Source of the DNA: Bugula neritina
Lineage: Eukaryota > Animalia > Bryozoa
Reading direction: 5' to 3'
NCBI GenBank assembly: GCA_964035545.1
Contig: OZ037765.1
Location: 22,009,504 to 22,073,503 of the forward strand
Length of the DNA stretch: 64,000 nt
A program made the position numbers and the translations under genes. The number at the start of each line of letters is the position of its first letter. Within the stretch, counting starts at the first letter, position 1. Under the pieces are notes generated by a model. That model saw only the letters and a program-made list of their open reading frames with translations. It made no database searches and was not told the DNA's origin. Below, in pieces: positions 13,773 to 28,500 of this stretch.

Positions 13773-16700
13773 CACACCACACACAGCTTTCCACTACTTC
13801 ATTATTCTGGTTTTGTGCCAATTCATGTCACACCTATTCATTTTGGATTTGTGTTTGTCACATCTGACAGTTTCATTGAAGTTTTCAATCTAATGACAAG
13901 CAAATAGCATCTTAATGTTACAGAAGTGCTGTAGATTGTTCATTCTGATTATTAATTTTGACTTCACACATCAAACCTGAGTGTATCAAGAAGTTTATCT
14001 CTCTCCTTTGAGATTGTTATCATGTGCACACATTCTCTATTCTGCTGAGTTTCTGTATATAGCCAACAGCTCTTATCTTTCTGATCTCGGCCTCTAAATC
14101 ATTGCTCAGCAATATCTGCACTCTGAAACTGTGCATGAAGCAAAGCTCACAATTTTATACTCTTGCATATTATGATAGTGGTAGACTTTATAGAAAGTTT
14201 GAATTAAAATTATACCTCATTTGGAAATTTAAGTTTGCAGTCTTACTTTTTCCATAACAGTAAACCATGATGCAACTTGCCAGAAAAGTATTGTAAAATA
14301 AAGTATCAAATAAAGATTGTATTGCCTGCTTTAACTTTTGCATTAACTTTGGATGACTGATTGAAAATTGTATTTGACTTGCAACTGCCTTGTATTGTTA
14401 TTGGCAATAGCTGGTTGTAATGGCCAACCTTACTGTGTATTCCATCACTAGATTTATCTGCTAATCTGCGTTTAGATTATCTCTTACTGCACTGCGTGGT
14501 CACACTTGCAACTCAGACTTTTCTAAGGTAAAGTATATTGTTATTGTTGACCGGCTCTCAATCTGACATCTTATACTAGCTGCAAATCCTGAAGAAAGAG
14601 CACCTAGCACACACTTGTCACGATTTCTCAGATACACAACTTTTTAGGTCTCTCCTTTATACACATGGTAATAACTTGTCCTAGTCAGTCTACACACAAC
14701 TGGTCAACACACGCTTATATGTTATCATGGAAATGCTACGCATGCCGGCAGTTGAACTTTATTAAAATAATTTTGTGCCTTCATTTTACAGAAATATAAA
14801 GTGTATTTGGAGTCTTCCCTCTCGGATTCACTGTACGAGTATAAGCAGAATGAAGCGACATTTACAGCCAACGGTGCTTCTGTGGCCTTAACTTTCAATT
14901 TCAATCCTGTAGTAAGTAACACCAATGTCACAATTACAATTCGTGGAAGTTAGAAGTTTTTTTGGCCCACCTTTTCATTTTATGTTATTGCACTAAATTT
15001 TATTTTATTTCAATAAAAAGTGTTTTTCATCGAATATTACGGTAATTATGGCGTAGAAATTTTGTGACATTAGCAACATTATTTCTACATTTATCTATTA
15101 CTTTTTTGATCTTTTTGCGATGTCAAAGTTCCCTATTGTCACAGTCAAATAATTTCTCTTTGAAAAATAAATGACACCAGCATTCCTTTCATCTTGGGAC
15201 CCATATGGCTGCAATATCAGGGTTATTGATCTGTAAATTACGGATTTCATGGAATAAAATATTTTTAAAAAATTTATGTTGTTGGTGTCTTTTTTATTTT
15301 TTGTTTTCTAAATAATAATTTGTCTCTACTATTAAAACAAATTTTACCACAGGATTAGTGAATTCAAAGATTTTGCCCAGTTTGAAGTATTCAGCCTTCA
15401 AAAAGATAAACTTGGTGGCCAAATAGTTGAAGAGTATAAACTGGCTGTATATGTCACTTAATCAAGTTAGATTATGAGATTGTGCACTTGCTTGAATTTA
15501 AATGCATGCATTGTGGCCAGTTCCTTCATCAGCTGGGGTCATTGTGTGCATATCAAATTTTAATCATAAAAATATGTTTTAGATGAAGACAAAGCTAGAA
15601 TTTGACGTGAAGGAAAGCAGTCTGTTGGGACTAGTTGTTGTTATCTGTACAACTGTTATTGTCATCAATAAGGACAAGGTGATACTTAGCCTCTAGTAGT
15701 TTTATTTTAGAAATTTCATCCTCAGCAGTTTATATTATTATAATATCTATATATTTAGACATTTAAGTTTATGCAACTATCAAGATCACCTGCATCATCA
15801 CTTTGCCTTCTCTGTTCTATGTTGTTCCCATTCATATTCAAGACATCTTCACACAGCCAAATGACCTCTTCACTGTCATAGATTAGATTATGGAGAGCCC
15901 TTTGGTAGACTATCAACACATGACGTTACGGCTCATTGCCTACCAGATTAAAATTGAGTGTTTCGGGCTGTTCACAATTGTTTTATACTTGAAAAAGGTT
16001 TTAAATCTTCAATCTTGACTCGGCTGATGCATTTATTTATGGTGTCATCGGCCAAATTGTAGGAAGCTCATTATTTTTAGATAGTTTCTCTAAGTTCTTG
16101 TAATCACGGGCCAGGAAATGTAAGAGGACTTCTCTCTTTCATCTGTAGTTAAAAGCTGAATGGATTTTTTAGAGTGAAAAACTTCATTCACGTGGCATTT
16201 CAGTTTTAAGCCCACACTTTTACCAACACATTTTCTTTAACTGCAAATCCTGGACCATAGGTTCTCTATAGGATTTCTCAAGCAACTCTTTTAAATACAT
16301 CTTGTAGCATTTTTGGCTGCATCATGTTTCGATTTCATAATGTATTTATGATTTGGTCATCATGAGTGTCATATATACCAATTCTAGCTTACCCTAGAGT
16401 TGAACTATTATGAGACAGTCCAAAATTGAGTTTTTTTAAAGGAGACCACAAAACATTGGCGCTGTTTTCATCGATAAATTTACCCATTTAAATAGGTTTT
16501 TTAGTTTAGCTTCAAAATATTTGTAGGGGCAGCTTTAATTACAAATTAATTTGTAGGAAACTTGAATGTCAATGTCTAGTTATTTGGACTACAATAATCT
16601 ACCTACAGGTTGACCAGCACATGAATTTAAACTTGAAATGAGTCACATGGTAGAAAGCCTAGGTGGTCAGCTGTTTACCTACATCAATCATTATCTTTGA

Positions 16701-17932
16701 AATCTAGGGCCCCATTGGTGTTGAGTTGATGGGTGGCCAGATCCATGACTGTTCAATCTTTTAGCAATGCCACACAAGTAGCTAGAACTATGGAGTTCGT
16801 AGATACGTGTGGGCTGCATGATATCACCTGCACCAGTCACCTGCCAACCTGAAACTGCATAATATGTATCACAATATAAACCCTCGCTACATTGTCTTAA
16901 TTAGTATTCCTAACAATTCCAATATAGCTAACAATGCAGTTCACTGTTTCACTTCTTGGCTTAAAATTCATGACATCCAGAAGATTTTTTCGAGGAAAAG
17001 TAATGACTGTTATGGTTCAAACCATTGCAACAGTAGAGTATTTGATGAGTTTGCAGTTCTGAGCTATCAGCCACTCATTCAACTGGTATTACCAAGATGA
17101 TTAGAGGCTAAATTATGTGAGATAGAGCTACTCTGCTCAGTCTCTAGTTAAAGTGTAATCTTTCTACAGTCTCCTAGTTGTCTCTTTCTGTCTCGGCATC
17201 ATTTCCCATATCTCCCGCATCTCCTTCATTACTCTAATAGCACTCTAAACAATGCTCAATCAACAAATCTAAAAAATGTTTTGAATCAGCTACTGTTAAC
17301 CAACACAGTGTTTTAGGGTTAGTTGCAACTAGAAACTGAAATTTGCAAAAAGCCAAAAAGTCTTAACCATATTTGCTGTTGTCTGCATTCAATGTGTCAC
17401 CATCTAGTATTACAATGAATTACAATTGATGGTCTTTACATAATATATCAAAAGCAAATGCTCGTTGGATGAATGAGTGGAATATTTTCGGCCCGACAAC
17501 TGCAGCAGTTAATTACATTTCGCTTTGCCTTCAAAGTGAAGATCTCAGGGCTTTGTTTCAGATCTATTGTACAACTGGGATATAACTCTTCTACCCAAAG
17601 AAATTCTAACCAGCTGGGTGATAAAAATTCACCATTTATCACACAAAGCTTAGTTAATGGGGTTTTCAATTTTACGCTATCATACTATATTACCTTTTAA
17701 AATGTTGATGTGTACGTTCAAAAATAACAATTGCATAAAATTTTGGCCACTGTGCAAGTGTTGAATCAATTCACATAAATCAGTTGTTAAATGATGAGAA
17801 ATTTAAATGAGAGAGCTGTAGTAATATTTGTAAAAGTGTGTTTATATGTGAACTCTTACAAAACGTTTCTATGATAGTTTAATATTATTCTTTTTGTTTT
17901 AGGTTTTCACTTTATTCAGCAAACAGCACTGA
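4735..17932 (+). CDS. NOMO1: Nodal modulator (NOMO / BOS complex subunit), 3' portion; 5' exons not identified in the window
   Basis: Phase-consistent GT-AG exons: 4735-4848, 5290-5417, 9982-10132, 10926-11018, 12258-12368, 13076-13174, 14792-14911, 15583-15678 and a less certain last exon 17903-17932. They translate to LPGVILSLSGNSYKSN...SPGRYYLKAILKEYEFSP...AYSCSGVVVNLNGKP...GYFRVRGLKPGCSY...YKVYLESSLSDSLYEY...FNP, then a TM helix (SSLLGLVVVICTTVIVIN). This is colinear with the NOMO C-terminal prealbumin-like repeats and membrane anchor. Confidence 0.9.
5806..6006 (-). mobile_element. tRNA-derived SINE (~200 bp)
   Basis: The reverse complement matches the 25945-26156 copy along its length (GGGAGCAGCAGTGG...TCATGGGTTTGAGCCCGACAAAGGCCATTGGTGATGTTAGGAAGAGCATCCAGT...GGGTTTTCTCACAGAGATGG...CTTGCATGAG). 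Confidence 0.8.
9022..9335 (-). mobile_element. tRNA-derived SINE copy interrupted in its A-box by a 104-bp insertion
   Basis: 9022-9209 and 9314-9335 align with the SINE body and head. CCACTA is duplicated at 9204-9209 and 9314-9319, flanking the insert. Confidence 0.7.
9219..9290 (-). other. tRNA-like sequence (pseudo-tRNA or head of a second SINE type), Ala(TGC)-like
   Basis: Minus strand GTCCCTGTGGTCTAATGGTTAGCGTGCCTGCTTGCAAGCCGGAGGTCTCGGGTTCGAATCCCAGTGGGGGCA has intact A and B boxes and an acceptor stem with G-U pairs. The D stem is mismatched, the anticodon loop is 6 nt and the T stem is bulged, so it is unlikely to be a functional tRNA. Confidence 0.6.
11912..12245. repeat. 23-bp minisatellite, ~14.5 copies (CTAATAGCATATACTACAGTGCA)
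   Basis: Tandem array read directly, ending about 12 nt before the NOMO acceptor at 12257. Confidence 0.95.
13600..13784. repeat. Imperfect (CA)n/CAC low-complexity tract
   Basis: Read directly; it explains the His/Thr- and Cys/Val-rich ORFs at 13495-13907. Confidence 0.95.
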
Positions 17933-18288
17933 TTCACTCTAGAAATATTAGACAAAGCTGACTTTGGAAAATAAGAGCTCTAACTGAAGTATATAATTAT
18001 ATTATTTGTACATTTTCATATGATTTATCTTTATACCTTGTCTACCATCATAATATAAAGATTATTATGTACATTTTTGATGTGTTTAAAATGTTGTATT
18101 TTATATTCTGTCAACAAAAATAAATAAATAAAGATAAAACAAAGACAACATAACTAACAGCTATAGCTCATAAAAATAATAACTAACAAATTAAAAGTAA
18201 ACAAGTAGATATACAAACAAAATCAACAACACTGTCTCGTTGGTGGAATAATAAAGAAGAATATGTTAATATAAAATAATTATCGTTT

Positions 18289-20710
18289 CTAAAAAGCCTC
18301 CATTACAAGACTTTCCATTATGTCATTGAACATCACATCATTGCTATAAAAACTGTCCGGGCTGCTACTTTCATAGCTGTTCACCGAATGAGAACGACAG
18401 CGACTCTGGGGGATTTGGGTTGAATTGGAATTGTTCTGATTATATATATCATTGTGAGCTGCACTGTATGTTGCACTCGAGTCTGTTGTAATAGGTAAAG
18501 AGTTGGCACGGGTGGTACACATCTTCGTCTTACCTATAATATTATCTATGTTCTCCATAAGATGATTAAGATTTGGTTTGATGTCTGGTAGAGATGCTGG
18601 GCTAGCACTGGCATGTAAGTCATTCAGAAATGACCCATTCTCTTGGTAGCTGCTGCTAACTGGACTTGGCTGTTGCTGCTGCATGATACCTGTGTTATAT
18701 GGTTGTGGTAGTTGCACTGATGCGGCTGCCATTGGGGACTGTGCCATGGGCTGTTCTGCTGGTCTGCACTGAAATCCGAACTGCATTGGCTGCGGCCACT
18801 GCTTTCCATGTGCGCTTATTGAGGTTGGTACTTGGTAACCGTTTGGAGCCTGTTGGTGACACATTTGTGACGAGTCCATGGACATGGACCAGCTCTGTGG
18901 AAGTGGCTGCACATGGTTCCAGTTAAAGCCGTGGTGCTGATGGTACGAGGGACTTGGCGTGACAGGCGAGTAATATGGACTACATTGGCCACTGGATGGG
19001 CTCGCCTGGTAAACATTCATTTGGGCTTGGTTTCCCTGGGAAGCTGCATTTCTTTGGGCCTGGCTACTACTTGCTGATCTGCGATAGAAAGGCTGAACTT
19101 CATAAGACTTCAAAATTTCTCGAGAGTTGAACTTGTAAGTATACTTTCTCTTTGGAACTTTGCGAAGAATCTTTTTCTCGTAGTAATGTCGGAGAGATCT
19201 AGACAACTTTTCATATGTCATGTTGGTGCGGTTTCTTTTCTCCCCCCACATTTCTGCTAACCTTGTGGGATCTCTAATTCTAAACATTCCTTTCTGATCT
19301 TCCCAGGTTGCTACGTTAGATTTATTTGAGTCTAGCAGAATGTCGAATAAGAACATCCACAGATGGCAATGTGTGGTGTCTACAACATCAAAAGAAAAAC
19401 TATTGACAAACAAAAAACCTCATTAGGTTTTTGAAGTATGAAAGATTGGTTTATACAAATTCAAGTAATAGTTGATCAAATAGTATCTTTTTAAAGATAG
19501 CAGCTTATAATATGCAAACTATGTTGAAATAGCATAGTGTTTACCTTTAAGGATTTTCTTCTTGAGTATGTTGAAAGCATCAATTTCAGACATCTTGTCA
19601 TACGCACTTGTTATTGTCTCCACTAAAACATTAATCATAAACTTAGTTTATTATGCAATATATCAACTTCTGTCACCTATATACATGTACATATATAACA
19701 TAAAGATTAATAAGGAGCGTTTTTGGCGTGGGATCCATTTATTATTCGATTTGTTACAGTATTATGGTCTAACAATTTACATATTGTAGTTATCAGCGAC
19801 ATTTATAAACTAGGTACTTATTTTAGTAGTTCCAATACTAGTACAAGAAACTAAACTGTTCATTACTTCTAACATCGTTATTCAACAACAAGGCCACTGT
19901 ACTATCTCAATGTCAAAGTCATTTAGGTTCAACTTAAAACTTAAATTTTACTCACCAGTTTTTTGTTCTGTAACGTTTCTAGCTGAAGTGGGTGCTTTGG
20001 CTTGCAGTTGTTCACAAGACAGACGTAACATTTCCAAGCTACTTTTTCCATGTTTGACTACAAATCAAAAACAAAATTCAGTTAACAAAATTGGTTTCAA
20101 ACAAATAAATAAGCTACTCTGCATAAATCTATTCTCACCAAATAAATTTTTGCCAAGTTTGTGTATTTTATCAATTTAAGTCTGAGTAGTAATTAGAATT
20201 AGTTTGTCTTCATGCCCGCATTGTATTGCAATTTAGCAAATGAGAATTTATTTTCTGTGCGCTGTATATGTCCTTAGGTTTCAACTTGAGTTGCCTTAAA
20301 ATCTTATTAATATTTGGCTAAAATATATTAGTTCAGTAAGTTGAAACAATAAGTTGCCTGATTTTACAATAATATATTGTAAATCTTTTTTATAATTAGT
20401 TTGTCTCAATCTTTGAATTCATGTTATTTTATTTAGCAAGACTAACACCGTGTTTGCATTAAAATGGAGGATGTCATGAATGGTAACATGCTAAATCAGC
20501 TTGAAATAGCTTGAGAATAAATAGTTGTATGTTGCTGCATGCCACTTACAGTGTATAGCATAACAGCCTATGACAAATTTACAAGTTTATGTATTATAAA
20601 TTGTTACCTGTAGGGTTTGCCAGCTTGTCGTTGTGATAAAATTGATCCATGATTTGTTTCTGCGAATTCATTTGGTCAACCAAGTGTTCTGGATAAAGTC
20701 CACTGTCCAT
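18289..20710 (-). CDS. ETS-domain transcription factor (TEL/ETV6-like DNA-binding domain), ~457 aa
   Basis: Exons 20710-20608, 20057-19956, 19622-19545 and 19379-18289, all with phase-1 junctions, total 1374 nt. ETS domain HLWMFLFDILLD...[50 protein letters not shown]...YTYKF, followed by a Q/S/P-rich tail. The start codon is less certain than the ETS exon. Confidence 0.9.
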
Positions 20711-21763
20711 ATTATTTACTAAATTCTATAAAGAAACAAACAGATATATAAGTTTAAAAAGCTGAATTACCACTTGATTTGTGTAAAAAGTCCTAGCTTG
20801 TATGTTCTAATTACAACATTATAAACATTTTTGGTGATAAACACATAAAACCTATTAGAGCAAGAGATATGTTTATTGTTGAGTATTTAACCCAAAGAAT
20901 ATAATAAATGTTTTACTTTAATTTTGAACAGTCAGTTTCATTCATTAACTTATATATTTTGTTTATTTATACATAGTCCATTTTCTTACAACAATATTTT
21001 TTTTCAAACTGTTAGAATAGCCCACCAATGATGTTATAGTAGAACATTTTACAAAGCATACCTTTTTAGAGAAGTTGAGATTCACCGATACTAGAATAAG
21101 TATATGTAATAGTCCGTTGGTAGGTAACCTTTGGTAAGGCTAAACCCCTGTACGTTTAGTAGTTATTCTAATATATCGTCAAATGAACTTCTGCTAACAT
21201 TCATTTTGTATTTATATATTCTGTTATTACCGCATCTGCCACACCCATCGTCATTGGTAGAGATGGTAGAGACTCTGTTTGGTTGTGCAACAGTGCAAAA
21301 AGTCACCCAATTGGTTAAAAAAAATCCAATTTCTCGGTATATCAATTCTATGGCAATTGAATACCAGCTACCATCAATCATAATACGTATTTATAATAAT
21401 CTCATGTCAACTGTCCATTTACATGTGTTATTGTTCTGAATCAATAACTATAACAAAAATGATACGACTATTTTTTGTTTCAAACTTACGTTGTTGAATT
21501 TGTGGTAATGATTTATAGGCTAAGTCTTTCGTTTTTGTAACCAGATTTAGTGAAGTTATTGCCGGTCAGTAAAAGCAGAATTTTTGGAAAATCAGCTACA
21601 CATTAGTTTCTTTGCATAGCTGTTGATAGCTGAGAATGTATTTATTTTGTTCATGATGTAGTTTTAGTGGATGATGTGACAAATTAATGTGCATAAAACA
21701 ACATGACATGATAAAAAATCTGCCCACATTTGTTGACAGAAGGCTTAAAACTTCAGGATATTG

Positions 21764-21870
<107 letters not shown>

Positions 21871-22535
21871 AGTCTTGGAGAATGTTAGACATTCATATGA
21901 AATTTCTGCTAGCAGCAGCAACAAATATAAACTAGCATTACTCTATTGATTGCCCTATCTTTATGCTTTGTTTCAATAATTCGCCAAGTTTGTCTGCATG
22001 GCATAGAGATGTGTGATTTGTAGCTTTTTAAAGTTATTTTATTTGTGAATTAACATCAGTATTAAAGACATCATAACTGATACAGAGTTTTCCATAAGTG
22101 CAAACTATATGTAGCTGTTAACATTAATATTTATTTTCTGTCCATAATAGAAAATATATTATGTTAGTAGATTATTATACTAATATTATTAAAAATACAA
22201 GTATAGTATAATATGCTTATTAATTTTCAAATTTACTAGCAGTGGTTCTATTGTCAAAAGAAAAAAAATAAAATCTGAATTGTCTATTAGCAAAGCACAC
22301 TATATTATATAGCATAACATATGTTGTTGGTGCAAATAAACTTTTTTATTAAACAGCAATAAAATTATAATAGCCGAGTGTTAAAACTTGCAGTTTGAGA
22401 ATTAAATTTATAATACTGTTCTCAAAGCTACAAATAAGCAAGTAACCTATATTACAAAGTAAATATGCATAAGTACAAGCAATGCCAAGTAAAAATAAAA
22501 TGCGATTGTAATAGGGAAAAAATAAATATTCGATT

Positions 22536-25500
22536 TCACTGATAGTTATTAAATCTGACTGGAATTTGCTGTCCAGGAGTGAGTAAAGCTCTCGTAACAG
22601 GTAGAAATGAGTGTCTCTCATCAGTTGTTAGCATGTACTGGCTCAAGATCTGCAACACAAATTATGTCACTTAATATTAGATAAATATCCAACTATCTAG
22701 CACAGCTGGAATATGTTTATACATCCATACACTATTCAACAGCTGATATGCAAACTTTTGTACTTTTCTAAAATATAGTTTTCCAATATAATTTATTTTC
22801 AGTTGTAGCTGGTAACTCTTTAAATCATGTTTTCAGTTTTTGAAACTTTTTAATTAGATTGTAAAGTTTATTTTTTTAATCATTCCAAAACTTTTAGCTG
22901 GTGCTTAAACAATTATATAACATATTGCAGAGCTTAAAAATAGTAAGAATGTTGTAAGATTATTTTGAACAACTCACCCTTGTTCAACAACAACTTATCA
23001 CATAATAATGGGGTGCAAGTTTATTACATGCTGATATAAAATAACTTTCAGAATTTATATAGTGTTCAGATATAAGATACGCAGGTTTTAATTGTTTCAA
23101 ATTAAGCCAAAATTTGAGTCATGAATTTACAACATATTAAAGTCCTATTTAGAGTTGTCTTTCTATCTACCAAATAAAAACCATTAACCAACAACCCTTA
23201 GTGCAATAAATTATTAGACTTTTGGTATGGCAAGCGTACATGTAGTTAGAAGTTATCTTACCTTCATCACACTAAGGCTCAAAGTCAACTCGGCTATTCG
23301 CTTGCCTGAAAAGAACAGCACTTTTTAGACAAAAAACATTTTTTATTAAGCATAATATGCATATGCAATTTATTAAAAATAGAAGTTTCATATGACAAAA
23401 GGCGAAAATAGATTTTCAGTTTTAAAAAAATAACTTAAAAGTTTTACTGCAGCTGTTTATTTATTTGAAGTAAACATGCATTTACAAATATTCATTAATA
23501 TTTTATGTTCAATTTTTATTTTCACCATTTTGGTAACATCTAGTTGAGACAAGTTGTTGAGAAAGTTACAAGAACTTATAAACTCCGGGCATATTTACCG
23601 ATGCAACCTCTGGTGCCAAAACCAAAAGGAATGGAAACAAGCTGCCGAGCTGGAGAATCTGCATCTGATAAATCTCTGTCGAATCTTTCTGGTATAAACT
23701 GGTCACTCTTGTACCACAAGTCTTTGTCCCTCGCCATACAGTAATGGAAAAACATCACATTATCCTGGAATCACAACACATTAATTTTTAATTCAAAGTT
23801 TTGTAATACATGTGCATAATATTTAATGTTTCACTACTTGATAGTTTAAACATTGGCTGTTTTTAATTGGTAGTTGTCATGCCTTGACCAACCCAATCCC
23901 ATAATAATCATTTCCAAAACTATTGTTGATTGTGGTAGGACAACTACCAAACCTGCCTGAGAACTTAGCAATACGGTCAACTAGTAACAAGATGACGATT
24001 GTTGCATTTTGTTTTATCTGATATACTTTGACTTATATTTTGCACATGCTAAGCAGACTGGTTTTCTTTAAACCTTGAGTTAATTTCATAATTGAATATT
24101 TTTTTATAATGAACTTTTTATCATAAGCATATAGCTTAGACTAATAAACCCCTACCTACTTCAATCTCTCATAAGTTTAGACTTTTTAGCATTAAGTTAA
24201 AACTATTTTTGTCTATTAAAAGTTTTTAAAATGGTAGTTTCTTAATTTATGGTAGGAAAGTAGTGTTAATATAACAAAAATACTTATATTGTCTTGCAGC
24301 TGCTATTATGGCAAGAAATCATCTGCATTATATAACTTTGAGAAATACACATTTATGCTTCAAGTGGGGTATTGAAAAATATGCAAAAAGATGGATATAC
24401 ATTGGCAACATAATATCTATGATAGGCTGAACTTCAACAAAATTAATGGGGTTGTCTTCATTTAATTGTTTTATGAACATAGATGACAACTCCCAAATGC
24501 AGAAAAATGTTTATCATAGGCATAATATTTCTTTGGCGAAGCTAGTGAAGGAACATAAACTAATATTATTCTGTCAATGGTATATTTATTACTGTTTTCA
24601 GAAAGCAGATTTTAAATAAATGTTTTTCAAAAATATCTACTGTTTATTTCTTTTTTATGTAATCCTTGTAGCCCTCTAAAAAACAAACTAAAAGCTCAAA
24701 TAAGCTAATTTTGGAGAACTCTAACTTCAGCACTTTTGTCCAGCAGCAGGTGACAGTCTAGTTACATCATGGAGCTAAAACTCTTAAGTGTTAAGTTTGC
24801 TGAAATTATTGAAATAAATTTTTAGATCAATGTATCAAATGAGTATGTTTTATAAACTTGTATAACTTGAAAAAAAGAAGCAAAAATTAAATTAACAATC
24901 AGGAACCTGAACAAGAAACTGCTTCAGTTGTTATAGCGACTATAATTTAATATAATGTAAGAGCTCAAGAAAATATTAATTGGTTGAAAATAATTTGCTA
25001 AAAACATAAATTAGCTTCAGAATGATATGGTAGTGCAAATGTTTGGAAAGTGCTTGTCCCTGATCAATGGAAATGTCACTCATGAATATATACAGGTATA
25101 TTACTTTTGACTTTTGTTTACTTGAGTATATGTACATTAGTAATATAGGTATTGTAATTGTGTATTTGATGTATCTAAAAGTCTGGTGCTAGTCAGTCTA
25201 TTTAATAGCACTAGTTATGAGGTACCACAACCTTGTTTATTCATAGCATATTTGCCTTCCATATATATACATGATATCAACTGAGGTTGTCACATGAATT
25301 TGGTATTCTGGAATGTTCTATTAGTAACCAGTATTTTCTAGAATAAATTCAGCGGTATTATGAGTCACAAGACCTATTCAAGTTTGTTTTGGAGAAACAT
25401 TGTTTACCAGGATTTTACTCTATAAGCTGAGACGGGTTTGTTGACAAGAGAAGTTAATTTTCTATTACTAGCTAATAAATATGGTAGACTTAGCAGCAAA

Positions 25501-28500
25501 CGGAGTTCTTTCAATTTTAAAATTATCATGAATTATTAGTCTATTACCACAGAACAACTGACATGTTTATATCAAACCGAACTTTTCTGGACTTTCCTCA
25601 TAGTGAGAACTAACGTTTTGTGACCAGCTTTAAATTTATATCTGTTCAAATAATAGTCTCAACTTACACCTGCTTTAAACTCCATATTCCTTGCTTTAGT
25701 AGTGAAGCTCTGTGATATAGCTCTACCATTTATAAAGAGAGCTGGATATAGTCTGAGAGTCTCCTTAATACAGCTATTCAAGTATCTCATATTCTGTATT
25801 GTGTTCAGGTCAAGGCCATTTCCACTCTTGATGACTTCTTTTACTTCTGCTCTCAACTTCTCTTGTTTATCTGGGTGAGCTGCTAGCAGGTAGAGTAGGA
25901 ATCCCAGCGTGTTGGAAGTCTACAGTGTGCAGTAGAAAGATTAAGGGAGTAGCCGTGGTCTAGCGGTTAGAGCATTTGCCTAATAAACACAAAGTCATGG
26001 GTTCAAAGCCCGACAAAGCCCATTGGTGATGTTGGAAGAACATCCAGTTATAATTGCTCCTCTGCCTCATATGAATAAGTCTTTAGCCTGATTTACCAAA
26101 AGCGCTTTCCATCAAGGGTTTTCTCACAGATATGGCGACTATAAACTTGCATGAGTGTGCAGCATATATATATTTTATAGCAAACTATTGAATTTAAAAA
26201 AGACTGACCTAATAAATAAGTTTATAATAGAAAAAATTATAATTGTATATCAACTTAAAAACGAAAGACCTGAAATATTCACTGCTGCCAGTTATTAAAT
26301 AGCTTTTTTCTACTGCATTTCTCTAACGAAATAAACATACAAACCAAACTCATTAGTGTAAATCTTGGATTAGCAGCAACGGCTTAAGTGTAGTTGTTGA
26401 TGTCACATTTATTTATTTATGTAAGTTTGGTTTAAGTTTAATACATCGTATTCTGTTTGAACATTACATAATAATGATCAAAATCAGTCTTCCTTCCACT
26501 TGACTGTTCATTTAAAGTTCAAGTAAAGACAATCTTGGGGCCAACAACTTACAAGGCATAATACAACTTAGCTGCTGAAGTCTATTTATAAACGATGAAT
26601 TAGAGAAAGCTATAACAGGTTCTGCTGTAAGAATGTCATACATACTGTGTCCACACCACCAAACAGGAATTCCAGCAGCATGCACTCAATATCCCCGTTA
26701 GTCAGTTTCGAGTTGCTGATCAGAGCAAGAGTTAAGGGTGAACTTCCAGGCTTTCCTTCAATGGCCTTCGACAGCATCTTTTCTGTGAAGTGTCTGTCTA
26801 TAAACATAAACTTGTTAATCAATACTATAGTTGTATTCACCAAGTATATTAAATTAGTGGTAGTTTATTGAATATTGAAATTGTCTTTTCTTTTACATAA
26901 AGCTAATTCTATACTTTTGCTAAAATCATTACAGTACACTAAAATATAAAAGAACAAATAAGCGTAAGGCTTTATTATATAGTAATTATTGACAAGTTTT
27001 ATACTTGAACTTGAAATCAATTTCTCTCAATTATCAATGCTGTGGCTGCAATCGGGTTATATAAATTAGTTTTCAAAGAGTTTTCACTTAAACTATGCAA
27101 ATCATAGTAGTATTGCATGTTAATGACTCAATGACAGACAACTTCTTTGTCAAATAAATAAAAAAGGTCCACCTTTGTTAGATTTTCTTGCTGCAACTTG
27201 AAGATCTATAATCAATGAATGATTTATATTTTATACCCATGAAACTGACAGGTATTATGACCACCAATCAATAACCTACACACGCATACAAGTTAGTACT
27301 AGGATATTTATCTTCTGATATTTACCTGCCAGCGAAGCACTATAAATTGTAATGCATATATTAGTAAAATGCACTATGCATAGCCTTTCAACAAATAGTA
27401 CACATATTGCACAATCACATTACTATAGCACTTCTGTAGTACAGGGTTTACATGCATGCAGTTGACAAATAGGCTTCCATAATGCATGTGTGAAGCATTC
27501 CATAATACATTAATACATTCCAGGCCCAAAAATGAAATAAAGCAATAAATCATAGATAATTTATACAACTGCGCATGCCAGTGTGACTTTCATTAAGTGA
27601 CACATGAAGTTGAACTTCAAACTAGCACATTGGTTCACGAGCACCTGCCTCTCATATAATATTATGCTAGTAAATGATATCAATTGGTGCATCCTAACTA
27701 CACAGTAACTCAGTCGCTAGTGTTACAGGTGGAATTTTTAGTCAATAAAACAATGATGTTTTATAAGAGTGATTAGGTACTTGAAGAATCCCTGACCCAC
27801 TTCATTTATGCAGTAATAGACTATAATATATCTTAGCTATCATCTACAGACTGTTTGAGGGTTGTATGCTCAAACAATTTTGTTATATAATAGTAAACTT
27901 TGTACTCATGCTAATGATGGTTTCTTTTAGCTTTGGAGTCAGTGAAGTAATAAATAATACAAGCATAGGGTAACCAGGTATGACACTGCAGCTGTTATCG
28001 TTTCAAAGCAACATGAATGTTTTATTCAATGTTTTTATAGGAATAATTATTTTGTAAGCAGATATTATTTTCTTGTTGTTTATTTTAATTTATATGATGT
28101 CAAGGAAAATAAATGTAAATAAAGGATAATGGTGAATAGCATCACACCAAGTATTAGTCATATAACATAAAAGTGGCGAGACAAGAAAACGCCGTAATAT
28201 CTTATGAAGCTGAGAATATGTTAACTCAAATTTGAGAGTTGGGAGTCTTATACATTAAACAGTTATTAGTTTTAGTTAATCAACATTACATAAAGTAGGC
28301 TAAATTTTTAGGTTTGTGAGATTGTAAAAAAGATGTAAGTTTCAAGTTTTTTTAATTTTGTGTTGGCGCCAAAATTTTCATAATGAGACTATATAGCTCC
28401 AATATGAATAAATGGCTAGTTAAATCACTCATTTAATGGTATTTCTTAGAATTGGACTAAAGAAGTTTGATGCTAATTAAACTCATTTCTGCGGTATGGG

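Noticed and set aside
13495-13907. His/Thr- and Cys/Val-rich ORFs
   Set aside because: Translations of an intronic CA tract that is open in several frames.
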